Shown: positions 51,430 to 64,000, numbered from the stretch's first letter. The stretch is DNA of 64,000 nucleotides from Mobula hypostoma (GCF_963921235.1 NC_086097.1:148988001-149052000), one strand, 5' to 3'. Made by a program: numbers and translations. The notes: a model not told the origin generated them from the letters alone.

Positions 51430-52170
51430 AGTTGTTAAGAACCTGTAAAGAGGTTACTAGGTAAAATAAGTGGATAAAGATCTGGCAAACGGAATATAAA
51501 CTGGGAAAACATTAAATTATTCATTTTGACATGGAATCTAACAAACATGTTATCTAAATCCTGAGCTACGATGCAGAAGTATTTGGTTGCCCTAATATTC
51601 AGACGGAATATTAGGGCAACCAGATAAATAGGAAATCTGACAGAACATTATTGTTTATTGCCAAGGGGGATTAGTACTAACATATCAGGGGCATGGAGGG
51701 GATCACATCTATTGTACTGCACTGTTGTTCCTATATTAGAAATAATGTTAACGCACCAGAAACATTTCAGAGGATTTACTTGGAAAGAATTAATATATAT
51801 TTTGAGAAATAGTTAGACAGGCTAAGTTTGTATCTGCTGGAGTTAGAAAAATGAGATCAGGTGGAAGTAGACAACATGGATGGAGGTATCACTGTTTTAA
51901 AAATAAAGGATCATTTATTAAATCAGAAATATGGTGCAGTTGTTTTCTCTGAGGATCGTAAGTTTTGGACCTTTGACAAGGGCAGTAAAAGTGGAGTCTT
52001 GGAATATTTTTAAGGCAGAAATTGATAGCTACTAGATAGTAAGAGATGTAACGTTTACCATATGTAGATGGAAATGTGTAGTTAAGGTTATAATTAGACT
52101 AACTATGATCTTATTAAATGGGGTTGGTCTGGGTCATTGAATTGCACACTCCTCCTTGTCCTGTGTTTGT
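51430..52170 (+). mobile_element. Highly decayed CR1 fragment
   Basis: Residual similarity to the CR1 3' ORF2 and UTR copies in this window. Confidence 0.55.
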
Positions 52171-53259
52171 ATGTACAGATTAAGTCAACTATGCACCTCA
52201 TACTGGAACTCATGACTGACTCACCTTCCACCACTCCTAACTCTGAACCACATCCCTCCCTCTCGCAATAAGCATGCTGTTTTTAAGGCCATCTCAAGCC
52301 ACTATATTCCTCAGAACATAAGAAAATAAGAGTGGAAATAGGCTATTCAGGCCCTCAAGCCTGCCCTACTATTCAATATGACAATGGCTGATCGACCCAG
52401 GCCTGCGGATCAGCTCTTCTCCAATCATTAAATAATTTAACTATTTTATCCAAGATTTAAAAGTTACTTTGTGCCTCAGTACCACCCTAATCTTGTATCT
52501 ATGTCCCCTCATTTGAGGCACTCATATTTGGAGAAACATCTGAACATCTGCCCAGCCATGCACTTTAAGGTTCTTGTATACTCCAATAAAATCATTCCTC
52601 TAAATTTCAAAGAATGTGGATTTAATTTCAAAACACAAAATTCTGTCGATGTTGGAAATAAAGTGCTACACTAGCCCCTTCACCTCCTGCCTCACCACCA
52701 TTTAGGAGCCCAGTTAGGGAGCATTCTGGAGTTATGTGAATATATTAGATATTAATTAAACAAGAATCAGTCTTCCGTTCTTAATGCAAATTGTAAGTTG
52801 CAAGAAGTAAACTGAAGTTAAACGGACACTTTTGTAAAATAGTGACCTTGAGATGTTTGCATATGCATCAGCCAAAGATTAAGACAATGGGGTTGTGTTA
52901 ATTGGCCTGTACCAGTCCAGGCAACGATTGGTTTTATCTGGCTCTCTGCATCAGAAGTTTTTAGAATGTTTATGTTAATGTGTTTTCCCCAGCAATGGCT
53001 TTCAACCCTTCAGAGGTGCCTTATCATTTACAGTGTGCTTCCACTGTAAATGTGTCCCTCAAAGGAACCATTTGTCAACCCTAAGTACTGAAGTAAACAA
53101 TGTCACTAACTATTGAATCACCTACTGTAACCTTTGATCTTAAGGGTATAAACATGGGATGTACTTTTAGGTCTGTGGGACTCTACCAAGAGGATCTTTT
53201 TTATTCTGATGAATAACGACCTTCATATTCACAACTCTGGTGACTTTGTTATGTGTCAC

Positions 53260-54010
53260 AACAGCCCCAAACAGTCCTTCCGGGTGAGGCAATATTTTAC
53301 CAAGTTGCTCAGCATCATCCACTGTATGTAGTGTTTCCAGTACAGTCTCCTGTATATCAAAGAGACCTAAAATAGATTGGCAGACGGCTTTGCCAAGCTC
53401 CTTCATTGGGTCTGCCACAACATGGATTTGGTGGTGGGCACCTACTTTAATCCTTCTTCCGATTCGCATATGTCAGTCCATGGTACCTCTACTGCCACAA
53501 TGAGACCAGTCTCAGGTTAAAGGAGTGACAACTCGTATTCCTTCTGGGTAGCCTCCAAACTGACATCATGAACATTGATTTCTTTGTCTTCCAGTAATTT
53601 CTATCCCCTCCCTTCTCTCTTTTTCTGTTCCCACTCTGACTCCCCTCTTACATCTTCTCTTCTCACCTGGCTACCATCGCTTTGTAGTGCACCTCCTCCT
53701 TCCCTTTTCCCCATGATTCACTCTCCTCTCCAATCAGATTCCTCCATCATCCACCTTTTGCCTTTTCCACTTATCACCTCCAGCTTCTCACTTCATCCTC
53801 CCCTCCACCACCTACCTACCCACTTCCCCCTCACCTGGCTTCAGCTATCACCCGTTGGCATGCTCTCCTTCCCCTTGCCCTACTTTCTTATTCTGGCTTT
53901 TTTTCCCCTTCCTTTTAAATCCTGGTGAAGTTTCGTGGCCCAAAACATTGACTGTGTATTGCTTTACATAGAAGCTAAACAGCTGAGTTCCTCCATAATT
54001 TTCTGGGTTT
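53260..54010 (+). mobile_element. Decayed PLE 3' fragment
   Basis: 'ccccaaacagtccttccgggtgaggc', 'ctgggtagcctccaa...atgaacattgatttc' match 9643-9975. Confidence 0.85.
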
Positions 54011-54485
54011 ATTTTCTCACCAATACCCTGTATAATTTTTTTAAAAAACCTTCTCTCTTTTTAGCTGCAATAAAAGCCAATATATCATTTCTCTTCCTAA
54101 CCATTTGCTGTACAAACCGCTAACTTTTGTAACTCGTGCTCGCGAACACCCAGATTCCTCTATACTTCACTCATCTGCAGTCTTTCTCCATTCGAGTAAA
54201 AGTCTGCCTTTACATTCTTCTTATCCCAAGTGCCTGACCTCACACAGTTTCCACATTTGCCAAGTTTTCACCCACTCACTGAACCTATCTATATCCTTTT
54301 ACACAGTCCAAATATCCTCACTGCAATGTGCCTCCCACTTATTTTTGTGTTATTGCCAAATTATATTCTGCCCCCTTCCAGGTCATTTATATTAATTGTG
54401 AATAATTTAGGGTCAAATGCTGATTTTTGGGGCATATCCTTCTAGCCTCAGAAAAAAACATTTCGGTTGACTCTCTGACACGTGG

Positions 54486-54712
54486 TTCTGCAGATGCTGG
54501 AAATTTTGAGCAGCACACGCAAAATGCTGGAAGAACTCAGCAGGTCGGCCAGTATCCACAAAGAGAAATAAAAAGTCAGCATTTTGGGATGAGACCCTTC
54601 ATGAGGCCAGGTTCTGATGTAGTGTCTTGGTGTGAAATGCCAACTGTTTATTTCCCTCCATGGATGCTGTCTGATTTGCTGAGCTCCTCCAGCATTTTGT
54701 TTGTGTTGCTCC
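54486..54712. mobile_element. Old fold-back PLE mini-element
   Basis: Minus-orientation terminal module followed by a plus-orientation module. Confidence 0.8.
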
Positions 54713-56653
54713 ATTGATGCTGTCTCCTGTGCAATGTTCAACAATGTTTTCAGGCCACCAACTTCATGTTTTGTATTACTCCCCCTCCCCACTGGTTTGA
54801 TCAGCACTCCAGGACAAAGGCAAACTGGCATTGGCCAACAAGTGTTGCATTGTCACATAGTCCTGATTGCATTTGACTTTCTGCAACCTCTATCTCTTCA
54901 TTAACTGTTGTGTTTGCAGACACCAGTCACTGCTCTGTTCTGCAACCCAGTGTGTGACTGTGGATGTTGTCCTTGTGGGTGAACTCTTGCTGGGAAATTC
55001 AGTGGTAAGCTCCATGCTGCTGATCGCCAGAAACACTATTGCTCTGCTTGGATGATGAAACACCTGAAAACTAAGGTTTGATTTGCCCCCTCTTGTAATC
55101 AGAACATTTAGAGCCTAACTCGCACCCTCAGCCAAGTTCCCTGCACTCGGGCCATCCATAACAATCAAGAATACCCCAGTACGTTACCCAGCAATCCAAG
55201 CACCCTACCCTGTACACTCTCACATTCTGTTTCCCCAATCCTTCTAAACAGGCTGCCTGTTGCTGGACCCCATTCAAAGGCCAACAGAATTTACTTTTGG
55301 TAGGACATTTGGGAACCTAATTGTCCAGAATTTTCAATATCACAACATCCTTCCCATGAGGCTATTGCTTCCAGACAGAAATTTATGAAACAGCTCTGGA
55401 ACATACTTGCCATTGGCTGATGGTTCTGTTTTTTTAAAAAACAACAACTGCCCGCTGTCCTCGTTCTGCGTTCCGCTCGTCTGTACATGGGCATTGAAAT
55501 GCACAAGTCTGAGACAAGCTACTGTACTGTGTGTGTGTTGCCACCAGCCTTGCCAAAAAGTCTAGCAGCAGGGCGCAAATGAATTGAAGAGAATGTCCAA
55601 ATCGACTTCACATCCTGTCCCTCAGCTTTATAGGAAAGTGACTGTGTAACTAGAAACCCCATTATTTGTGTGGGTTTGCTGGTCCTGAATAAAGCGGGAA
55701 GTTCAGACAAATTATTTATTGTACTGACTGTGTTTAACTTAGTTCCATTGCCTTATGTGGTTTTATTAAACTTCTTATTTTTTAAATATATTGCTGTATT
55801 ATATATTTATTTTTGAGCAGATTTTGAATGTCTGATTTAAATGTCTGATGGAAATGTTAAAAAAAAATTCAAAAACTTTAACCACCTGTCAGTGTACAGC
55901 AGGAGAGTTGTTACAGGATCTGAGACCTCATACCTCTTTGCTGCTTACAGTGACTCGGCTTTGTTCAACATCAAGTTCAAAGCAAATTTATTATCCAAAT
56001 TTATTATACACCCCTGGGATTTGTTTTCATGCAGGCATACACAGTAAACAATTTTGCAGATTAACTCTTGAGCAGGGAGAGTCTTTGGGGCTGGGTTTTT
56101 GCAGCTGGACAGGTTTCTTGCAGATAGGCATCATATGTGGTGAGTACAAGCTGCAGGTAGAACTCGGAGTGTTTGGCCCATTGCCTCTGCATTTGAATTA
56201 AGCCCTCATTAAGTGCAGGTCTTGCTCTCTCGTTTATTTGTACTTTACAAGATGATTTACCTTGAAATGGTCTCTGCTTGTCTATATATATTTTTACTGA
56301 ACGTGAAAATAAGCTGGAAAATGCATTTCTATATACATATTGAGCCAAATCACAAAACTTTTAAGTCCAGTTACTGCTATTGGACAGAGAAGGAGTGTGT
56401 GTCAGTGTACTAGTAGCTGAATTCAATTGGGCTTTCCCCCTTTTAGTTATAATTGTATGGCCCAGCTAAAGCCAATCTGGTTATGACTGAGGTGGTGTCA
56501 GTGCCCTTATTTTTCATTAGTGGATAGCAAAGTCATAAAATGTTTTAGTGTGGAAGAAGTCCATTCAGCCCATTTAGTCTTTACTGGGTCTCTGTAATGA
56601 CTAATCTGGCTTTTCCCACTCACCATGGCCCTGTAAGTTGGCTTTGAATTACC

Positions 56654-56833
56654 CACAAGAGAAAATCTGCAGATGCTGGAAATCCAAGCAACACAAAATG
56701 CTGGAGGAACTCAGCAGGCCAGGCAGCATCTATGGGGGGAAAAAAAGTAAAGTTGACGTTTCGGGCTGAGGTGTCAACTGTACTTTTTTCCATAGATGCT
56801 GCCTGGTCTGCTGAATTCCTCCAGTATTTTTTG
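56654..56833. mobile_element. Fold-back PLE mini-element
   Basis: Inverted arms; perfect 11-bp TSD tttgaattacc at 56643-56653 and 56834-56844. Confidence 0.9.
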
Positions 56834-57879
56834 TTTGAATTACCTATTCCTTTTGAGTGGCATAAATGAATCTGCATGATGTTGCAAATGTCTCAGACTC
56901 TAACCCAGAAGGTGGCAAATACCTAAAAGTTGAGTTTCTTGGTCATCTTAACAGGTCAGGGATTTGTTAACGGTATTCTTCTTTGAACATTGGTTAACAT
57001 AGCGAGTTGAAATAATTGAAACTTTTTCAGGTTTGAAGGATAGATCTAGTGGAGTAGCTCAGGTCAGCTCTTGGCCCTCAGTTATTTACTATTTATTCAA
57101 AATGTAATGTCTTCAGGTTTGCTAAAGGCACACAAGTAGGTGGAAGCGAAAGTTTTGTTGAAGATACTGTGCGTCTGCAACAGGAGATTTATTGAGTGAG
57201 TGGCAAATGGATTTTAATGTGAGGAAGGGTAAGGTCATTCATTTTACTGAGAAGAATCTAAAGGCAGATAGTCACTTAAATGGAAAGGGAATGCAAATAA
57301 GTGAAGAATAGAGGATCCAGATGTCATACCCAAGCATCTTCAGGAGACTATATCATTAGAAGTATTTAAAATGAATGGTAGATGTTTTTGAATGATGGAA
57401 GGCAAATGATTAGGCAAACAGGACCTGAGGATTTATCTAATAGATGGTGCCCCCAAAACTGCTGTGCACCTCTGCTGAAATAACAGATGTAATTGTCTGT
57501 GAGCATTATGCAGTGGGGCTTTAAACCCTTCATCTTCTGACTCTAGGGTTGCAGGTCAATCGGCTGAGCCAAACTGACACGCTGCTTAGAGTGCCTGCAA
57601 TCTTCTGCATAGTTTGAGGCAAAGGGATCAGACGTTCATGGCTGGCATCACATCCACTTAAAATTGAAGCTGTTTTGAAAATACCTTGAGCAAGATTAGA
57701 CTATTATCCCATTAAATAAAGCGATCAATAACGTTCATACAGATACTCTGATATGTCTAGAAGGCACAAGATTAGATCTGAATAAGGTATATGAACACTA
57801 CAGTTAATCTTGATTATAGTCCTCCAGTGATACATGCAAAACGGCAGTTAATTCCTTTCAATTGACAGATTAAAACAGA

Positions 57880-58016
57880 CCAGTCCTGATAAGGAGACTT
57901 GGCCCAAAATGTCGGCAGTTCATTTTCCTCCGTAGATGCTGCCTGACATGCTGAGTTCCTCTAGCGTTTTGTGTGTGTTTATCCAGATTTCCAGCATCTG
58001 CAGTCTCTCTTGTGTT
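57880..58016 (+). mobile_element. PLE terminal module with degenerate hammerhead
   Basis: cagtcctgataaggagacttggcccaaaatgtc...ccagcatctgcag. Confidence 0.8.
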
Positions 58017-58889
58017 GCGAGTAAAATCTGCTTGGAAGGTCAGTACTGACAGCTATTGAAATATTACTGGAATTAAGTTAGTTCATAAATCTGCTGATCC
58101 CTTTCTCCTAAAGGGGAAAAGGACTGAGATGGGGCGGGGGGAGGGGAGTGATTATTAAGACCACTTTAGGGTGGATATTGATACATACACTATTTCGGAC
58201 GCCCCCGCCCCCCCTTCAAGAGTTGTAAAGGATCTATGCCTAGAAACTCGATTGGTTAGCTTTTAATGCACATATCACCCCAGAATAAGATTTCTCCAGT
58301 TTCTTTTAACCTGTTGAAAGAAACACTCTTCAGAAAAGGAAAGGGGGGCCCTTCCTTGCTCTGTTCATGTTGGGATACCTGATGTTTTCTCTAGTGTCAA
58401 GTAACTGTAGCAGAAAGCCCATTTTCACTTTTACTAGAACAAATTGGAGCTTCTGGAAGCAAGCGGACCTCCACAGAGCAATGAGGGCACATTGTACAAC
58501 TTTTTCTTTTCAGTTATGTGGAGGATCTTCTGTTGACAACTCAAAGCAGGCTGCTCAGATACTTTCCAAAGTCCACAGCATGTGCTATAACTAACAGTGA
58601 ATGCTTTCTTGCACTCATTTCCTGATGTGCTCATTCAATGGAGCCTGTGTTGTAATACTGCTGACTGCAATCTATTAGTGGAGCTGCCGTTATGGAAGTG
58701 AATGGCCAGGAAGGATGGGTCGAGCACCTGCCCATACTCATGTGGAACTTTTTGTGATACCATGTCCTTTCTGGACCTCTGAACAGTATATTTTCAGGTT
58801 AAGGCTTTCTAAGGCTGTAATCAACTAAGTTGTACCACAGTCGTACGAGATATAGGGGAGACTGCATTTGTAATACACTTAATTCCTGT

Positions 58890-59475
58890 GTATCAGTGGA
58901 ACCTGATGTAGATTGGGAGAGTGCTTCGCTGAGCACCTACGTTCTGTCCGCCAGAAAGAAGTGGGATCTCCCGGTGGCCACCCATTTCAATTCTTTTTCC
59001 TGTTCCCATTCCAACTTGTCAGCCCATGGCCTCCTCTACTGCAACAACGTGGCCACACTCAGGTTGGAATTAGTGGGTAGCCTCCAACCTGATGGCATGA
59101 ACATCGATTTCTTGAACTTCCAGTAATTCTAACTCCTCTCCCCCCCCCCAATTCCTCATTTCTATTTCTCTCTCTCACCGTATCTTCTTACCTGCCCATT
59201 ACTTCCCTCTGGTGCTCTTCTCCCTTCCCTTTCTTCCATGGCCTTCTGTCCTCTCTTAACAGATTCCTCCTTCTCCTGCCCTGTGTTTCTTTTACCAATT
59301 GACTTCTGAGCTTCCCCTCTCCTGGTTTCACCTACCACCTTCTTCTCCCCAATCTCTACCCTCTTACTCTGACTTCTCATTTGTTTCTCCAGTCCTGAGG
59401 AAGGGTCTCTGCCTAAAACATGGACTGTTTACTCTTTTCCATAGGTGTTGCCTGTTCTGCTGAGTTCCTCCAGCG

Positions 59476-59518
<43 letters not shown>

Positions 59519-59555
59519 GCTTGGATTTCAGCATCTGCAGACTTTCTCTTGTTTG
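58890..59555 (+). mobile_element. PLE 3' fragment (GIY-YIG end, 3' UTR, terminal module)
   Basis: 'DLPVATHFNS', 'GSLQPDGMNIDF'; hammerhead remnant at 59390-59427. Confidence 0.9.
59479..59517. repeat. (TG)n microsatellite expanded from the PLE terminal module
   Basis: About 19 TG units where other copies have about 3-4. Confidence 0.95.
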
Positions 59556-59589
59556 TAATATTACGATCAGTTATGGTCATCTTGCTCAT

Positions 59590-60062
59590 GGAAAGATACG
59601 ATTTAGCTGGAAAGACTGCAGAAATGAATGACAAGAATGTCGCCAGAACCTGAGAGACTTGTAAAGAGAGGTTGAGCAGATTATGACTTTATTTACTGGA
59701 GTGTAGGAGAACAAGAGGCAATCTTATAAAGATGCATAAAGCCCTGAGAGGAATCGGTATGGTGGATGCACATAGCCTTTTTCCCAGGGCTGGGGAATCA
59801 AGAACTGGAGAGCCCGTTTAAGGTGAGAAGGGTGAGATTTACTAGGAGCCTGAGAGGCAACCTTTTCACCCTGAAGGTGGTGTGTATACCAATGAGCAGG
59901 CGGAGGAAGTGGTTGTGGGAAGTACACTTGGACATGTACGTGGATTTGAAATGTTTAGAGGGGTATGGGACGGACGCAGGCAAATGCAACCGACTTAGAT
60001 TGGCACCTTGGTCGGTATAGGTTGCGTTGAAGGACCTGTTCCTGTGCGATATGGTTCTCTGA
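59590..60062 (+). mobile_element. Old CR1/L2 3' end
   Basis: 'FKVRRVRFTRSLRGNLFTLKVV'. Confidence 0.65.
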
Positions 60063-61827
60063 CTGAAGACGGTGTAAAGTTGTGGGGAAACCTTTGGGTG
60101 TGCCTTTATATTTGGATGCACTTTCTGTTTGTGTCAAAGTTGCTTTGAGTTGGAAGTTCCTCACTGCTTCAGGAACTGCCTAAGCTGTATCAGAGAGGCT
60201 CTCGTGTATCTTGCAAGTTAACCCTCATTGCAGTGACAGAAAGATAATCCACATGCACCCTACTCACACAGAGATGATTTCATCTATTTTGATTTCAATG
60301 AGGAACAGATGGCATCACTGGGATTTGGAAGCATTGCTGGCTTCTGATGATACCAGGCAGCTGTTGATTACTCCCATATGTTCAAAATCCATCAATCCTA
60401 CCTCCCTACCCCCAACCTCTTAATAACTCAGTCATTTTCCTTACAAAAAAGGATTTGTACTCCAAAATCCTCATTTGGATCACGAGGAGCTTTTCATCAT
60501 GGTAAATGTCACTCTTTATTGAAGCATGATCCTTGTGCAGATCGAACTGTAAGTGCTGCTCAGAGGGATTGATCCGGGAGGAGTGGAGCAGCCTTGTGCT
60601 TCCCTGAATCCTCACATCAGTTGTCACTACCACTACTACAGCTGCTGTACATCATGGCAATGAGAGTCATGCAAACAGATTTTGTTGAAAACATTGCTGG
60701 CCTTCTGAACAGCCAACTCCAGTCTCTGCACCAGTGTGGGGCGTCCCACCATATACAGCCAATGGTCTGGCGACTTCATTGTGGTTTACTGCACATGCTG
60801 AAGTTTGAAGGCATGCACTTTAGGAACCTGATTACACCTGTAATCCTCAGGTTCGGCCAGTATACGTGTGTCTGGGGAAGATGGCCTCTGGCCCCACCAA
60901 ATTGAGAAATCTCGTTTGTGTGGATGTTGCGTGATGTGTTGCCTGGTTACACATCCGAAACGCAAAATATCAGACAGTACACCATATGGAATTAAACGAA
61001 TGAACTTTATAAATCTTAATCTGACTACAGGATTAGTAAAGAAAGTAAAAAGGAAAGGGCCCATTTTAATGAAACAGTCTAATGTGCATGTTGGAGCTCA
61101 CGGATTCGTCCATTCGTTCTCCAGCAACCTCCTCTGAACGATATTGACCTTCAAACCCTCGCTCCCAGTCCTAGTCTGGTGGTCTACCAACTCTCTCCAT
61201 TCGCGTCTTCTCTCTTCATCTTTCATCGACAAAAAAGACTGTGAAATCCCAGACCCATAAGAAAGAACAACTTGCCTCTCATTGGATAGTGCACATTCCA
61301 AAGCTCCCGTTATCTCTAGTCATAACCCAAACATAGCTGCTACAGAGAAACTATTACCTTAGCAGTGAGACCTCCTAAAGCTGCCTTTATTGAATTATCC
61401 CACCTGAGTATTCTGAAAGGTTATGTGAACCACTTGCAAGTACCTAGCCGTGTTTCTGCACCTTATTGTGATGTCCAATAAATACAACGGCTTAAGATGT
61501 CATTGTTTCACAATTTATATTTCTGAATGCTTAGATTGTGTTTTGTGAGGCAAAGCATTGAAATATTCAGTTGTAGCTGACTAAAGTGGTCTGGGCATTA
61601 GTATTCTGGAACACATTCTCTTCATTTGTTTTATACCTTTTTTAAAATCAGAAATTAGAAGAATGGTTGAATTCTAATTCCATGGGTGAAATGCAACTCT
61701 TGGAGCTGTAATATTTTCCATCCATTGGTTCAGATATCAAAATTCCATATATTGATCTCTGGAGATTCTTTGACATAATTCCACTGGACTTTTTAATGTA
61801 TTAGTGATGGAGTGCTGTAGTCCATTC

Positions 61828-62163
61828 TGATAAGTTCGTGGCCTAAGGTAGAAGGAGATGAGTTATACAGTTCTCGTTGCATGCACGTGCAGTTCAACTC
61901 TTTGGGTGATTATGCAGAAAGTTTGAAGTTAATAACTCATTGCCTTCTACCTTAGGCCACAAACTTGTCAATCACCCCTGCTGTGGACCACTTTCTGGAG
62001 GTCCAAGATGTCAACTTCTACAAAGAAGGGATCCGTATGCTCCACGACTGCTGGACTAAGTGTGTAAATGTAGGAGGGGACTACGTTGAAAAATAAACGT
62101 GCTAGGTTTTCTAAAATTGACTCCTTCTACCTCAGGCCACGAACTTATCAATTACCCCTCATA
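61828..62163 (+). mobile_element. Mariner-derived MITE with three TIR copies
   Basis: TIR tgataagttcgtggcctaaggtagaaggag; inverted copies at ~61943-61979 and 62121-62161; 61980-62096 translates to AVDHFLEVQDVNFYKEGIRMLHDCWTKCVNVGGDYVEK*, a mariner C-terminus. Confidence 0.85.
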
Positions 62164-62350
62164 GTGTTCACTGGTTCAATGTCCATTTAGGAGTCGGATA
62201 GCAGAGGGGACAAAGCTGTTCCTGAATCACTGGCTGTGTGCCTTCAGGCTTCTGTACCTCCTACCTGATGGTAACATTGAGAAAAGGGCATGCCCTGGGT
62301 GCTGGGGCTTTTCAATAATGGACGCTGCCTTTCTGAGACACCGCTCCTTT
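62163..62350 (-). mobile_element. Rex1/Babar 3' fragment
   Basis: Reverse complement is similar to 17970-18140. Confidence 0.75.
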
Positions 62351-63238
62351 CTGAATTCTACTTTATGTTCGTAAATGAAGAGGGCACAGTTTCCATAAGC
62401 GAAAGCTTAGGTAAATCTGTATTTTTGTGTTTCAATTCTATGAAGGAGAAGAGAAAAGGAAGCCGAAGAGTTGTTAAAATTGGATTAGTTTTAAGTGTGA
62501 GATCTATAGTCATTCGTAGCATCATTTCACTCAGTGTGCCTGAGACATTGCACTAATTCTCACACCAATAGCAGCAGATAAAGATTGCAAGCTGCATCTG
62601 TCATTGCTTCTGCATGCAGTCAAGCTGTGCTGGTATAGTCACTCCTTCCTTCCATTCTCTTTCTTACTTATCCTTATTTTATCATTGTTATTTCCTTCTC
62701 CTTCCCTGCGGAGTAGGGGTTAGTGTATTGCTATGTAGAAAGATTACCTATTCTTTTGATAGATGAAGTGTGATTTTGGCCACAATCTGGGCAAGCAGAT
62801 ATTTAATATGAACTCCCATTTTGTCGAATGAAGCATTGCATCAAAAGTATTCATCTTATTACATTATTCATTTGCTGTGTTTGAATGGTGGCCCAACATC
62901 AGTATAAATCTTTGAATTATCTCATCTATATAATATTTTCATGCTTTCCCACACAACCTAGGCAAAATGAGAACCGTGACATGATTGACTGCAACAGAGG
63001 ATGCACATGGGCTTGCATTCTTGAGGATTTTTGTAAGATTTGTGTACTTGCCCTGTTCCTTCTCTTATTTAAACACACTGTGCTTCTGCACACTCACAAA
63101 AACATGTACTCTTTCAGTCATAATTACACTCCTCATACTGCTGTCCCCATGATAAAGATGAATTGTTGAGCCTTTACATCAACAATACAACTAAAGTACC
63201 CAACTACACTCTGCCTAACTGAGTATAGCTACAACTAA

Positions 63239-63458
63239 TCACAAACTAGAGAAAATCTGCAGATGCTCGAAATCCATGCAACTCACACAAAATGCTGGAG
63301 GAACTCAGCAGGCCAGGCAGCATCTATGGAAAAGAGTAAACAGGATCCCTTACTTCTCATCTTTTTTCTCCAGTCCTGGTGAAGACTGAAATAGTGACTC
63401 TCTTCCATAGATGTTGCCTGGCCTGCTGAGTTCCTCCAGCATTTTGTGTGAGTTGCAT
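63239..63458. mobile_element. Fold-back PLE mini-element with 62-bp arms
   Basis: 63276-63337 and 63397-63458 are reverse complements (2 mismatches); probable TSD atagctacaactaa / atagctatacctaa. Confidence 0.9.
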
Positions 63459-63599
63459 AGCTATACCTAAAGTTTGTCGGGCAGGAATAAGACATGAGTT
63501 TGTGTTATACTTTGTACTGCAGCACTTCGATCACGTATTCCTGAATTTGTGCTTTTGTTCTACAAGGTGAGTGAGAGCAAAGGGATACTATGAAGAGCA

Positions 63600-63865
63600 G
63601 GCATAATGATTTTCATCATTGGCAGGATTAGTGAGTAGAATGCCAGAGGGGTTGTTGCTGGGGATTCAACGTTTACCAATTTGTATAAATCACTTGAATG
63701 TATTCTTGGGTATGGTTGCTAAATTTGCTGATAACACCAAGGTAGATAGGAGCGTTGTCAAGAGGACACAAGGAGGCTACAAAATGATTAGATGCAGTTT
63801 CAGTGAGTGGACAAAGTTGTGAAAAATTACTCATAATGGTGTGATATTTCCATTTTGGCCGAGAA
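63600..63865 (+). mobile_element. Old CR1 RT fragment
   Basis: 'VAKFADNTKV'. Confidence 0.6.
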
Positions 63866-64000
63866 AGTTTGAGTTCAGGTTTATTGTCATTCATCCAAAC
63901 GTATATACAGCCAAACTGAAACAATATTCACACATAAAGAATATTAGCACAATAATATTCACAGAAAATGAAAATATTCTTCAGATGTGCAAGTTGACAT

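Noticed and set aside
59413..59653. Cys-Val and Thr-His repeat ORFs
   Set aside because: Translations of the (TG)n microsatellite

Overview
Eukaryotic, repeat-dominated DNA with no recognisable host protein-coding exon; probably intergenic or deep intronic. The repeat mix suggests a cartilaginous fish, likely a ray (inferred from family recall, no search run): CR1/L2 and Rex1/Babar LINEs, V-SINE/HE1-like SINEs, Tc1, mariner, hAT and Harbinger derivatives, and Penelope-like elements (PLEs). Most ORFs in the track are transposon fragments or noise. Main contents: (1) a young 5'-truncated PLE (RT + GIY-YIG, 14-bp target-site duplication, TSD) with an intact minimal type I hammerhead ribozyme in its 3' terminal repeat; (2) about ten decayed copies of that terminal module, several as TSD-flanked fold-back mini-elements; (3) an endogenous retrovirus remnant with a tRNA-Pro-like primer site, in which protease abuts the RNase H tail with no RT; (4) a ~260-bp inverted duplication whose identity drops stepwise; (5) short tandem copies of flanking DNA at the 5' junctions of three young retro-insertions; (6) several cleanly resolvable nested insertions. 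Boundaries of old, diverged repeats are approximate.
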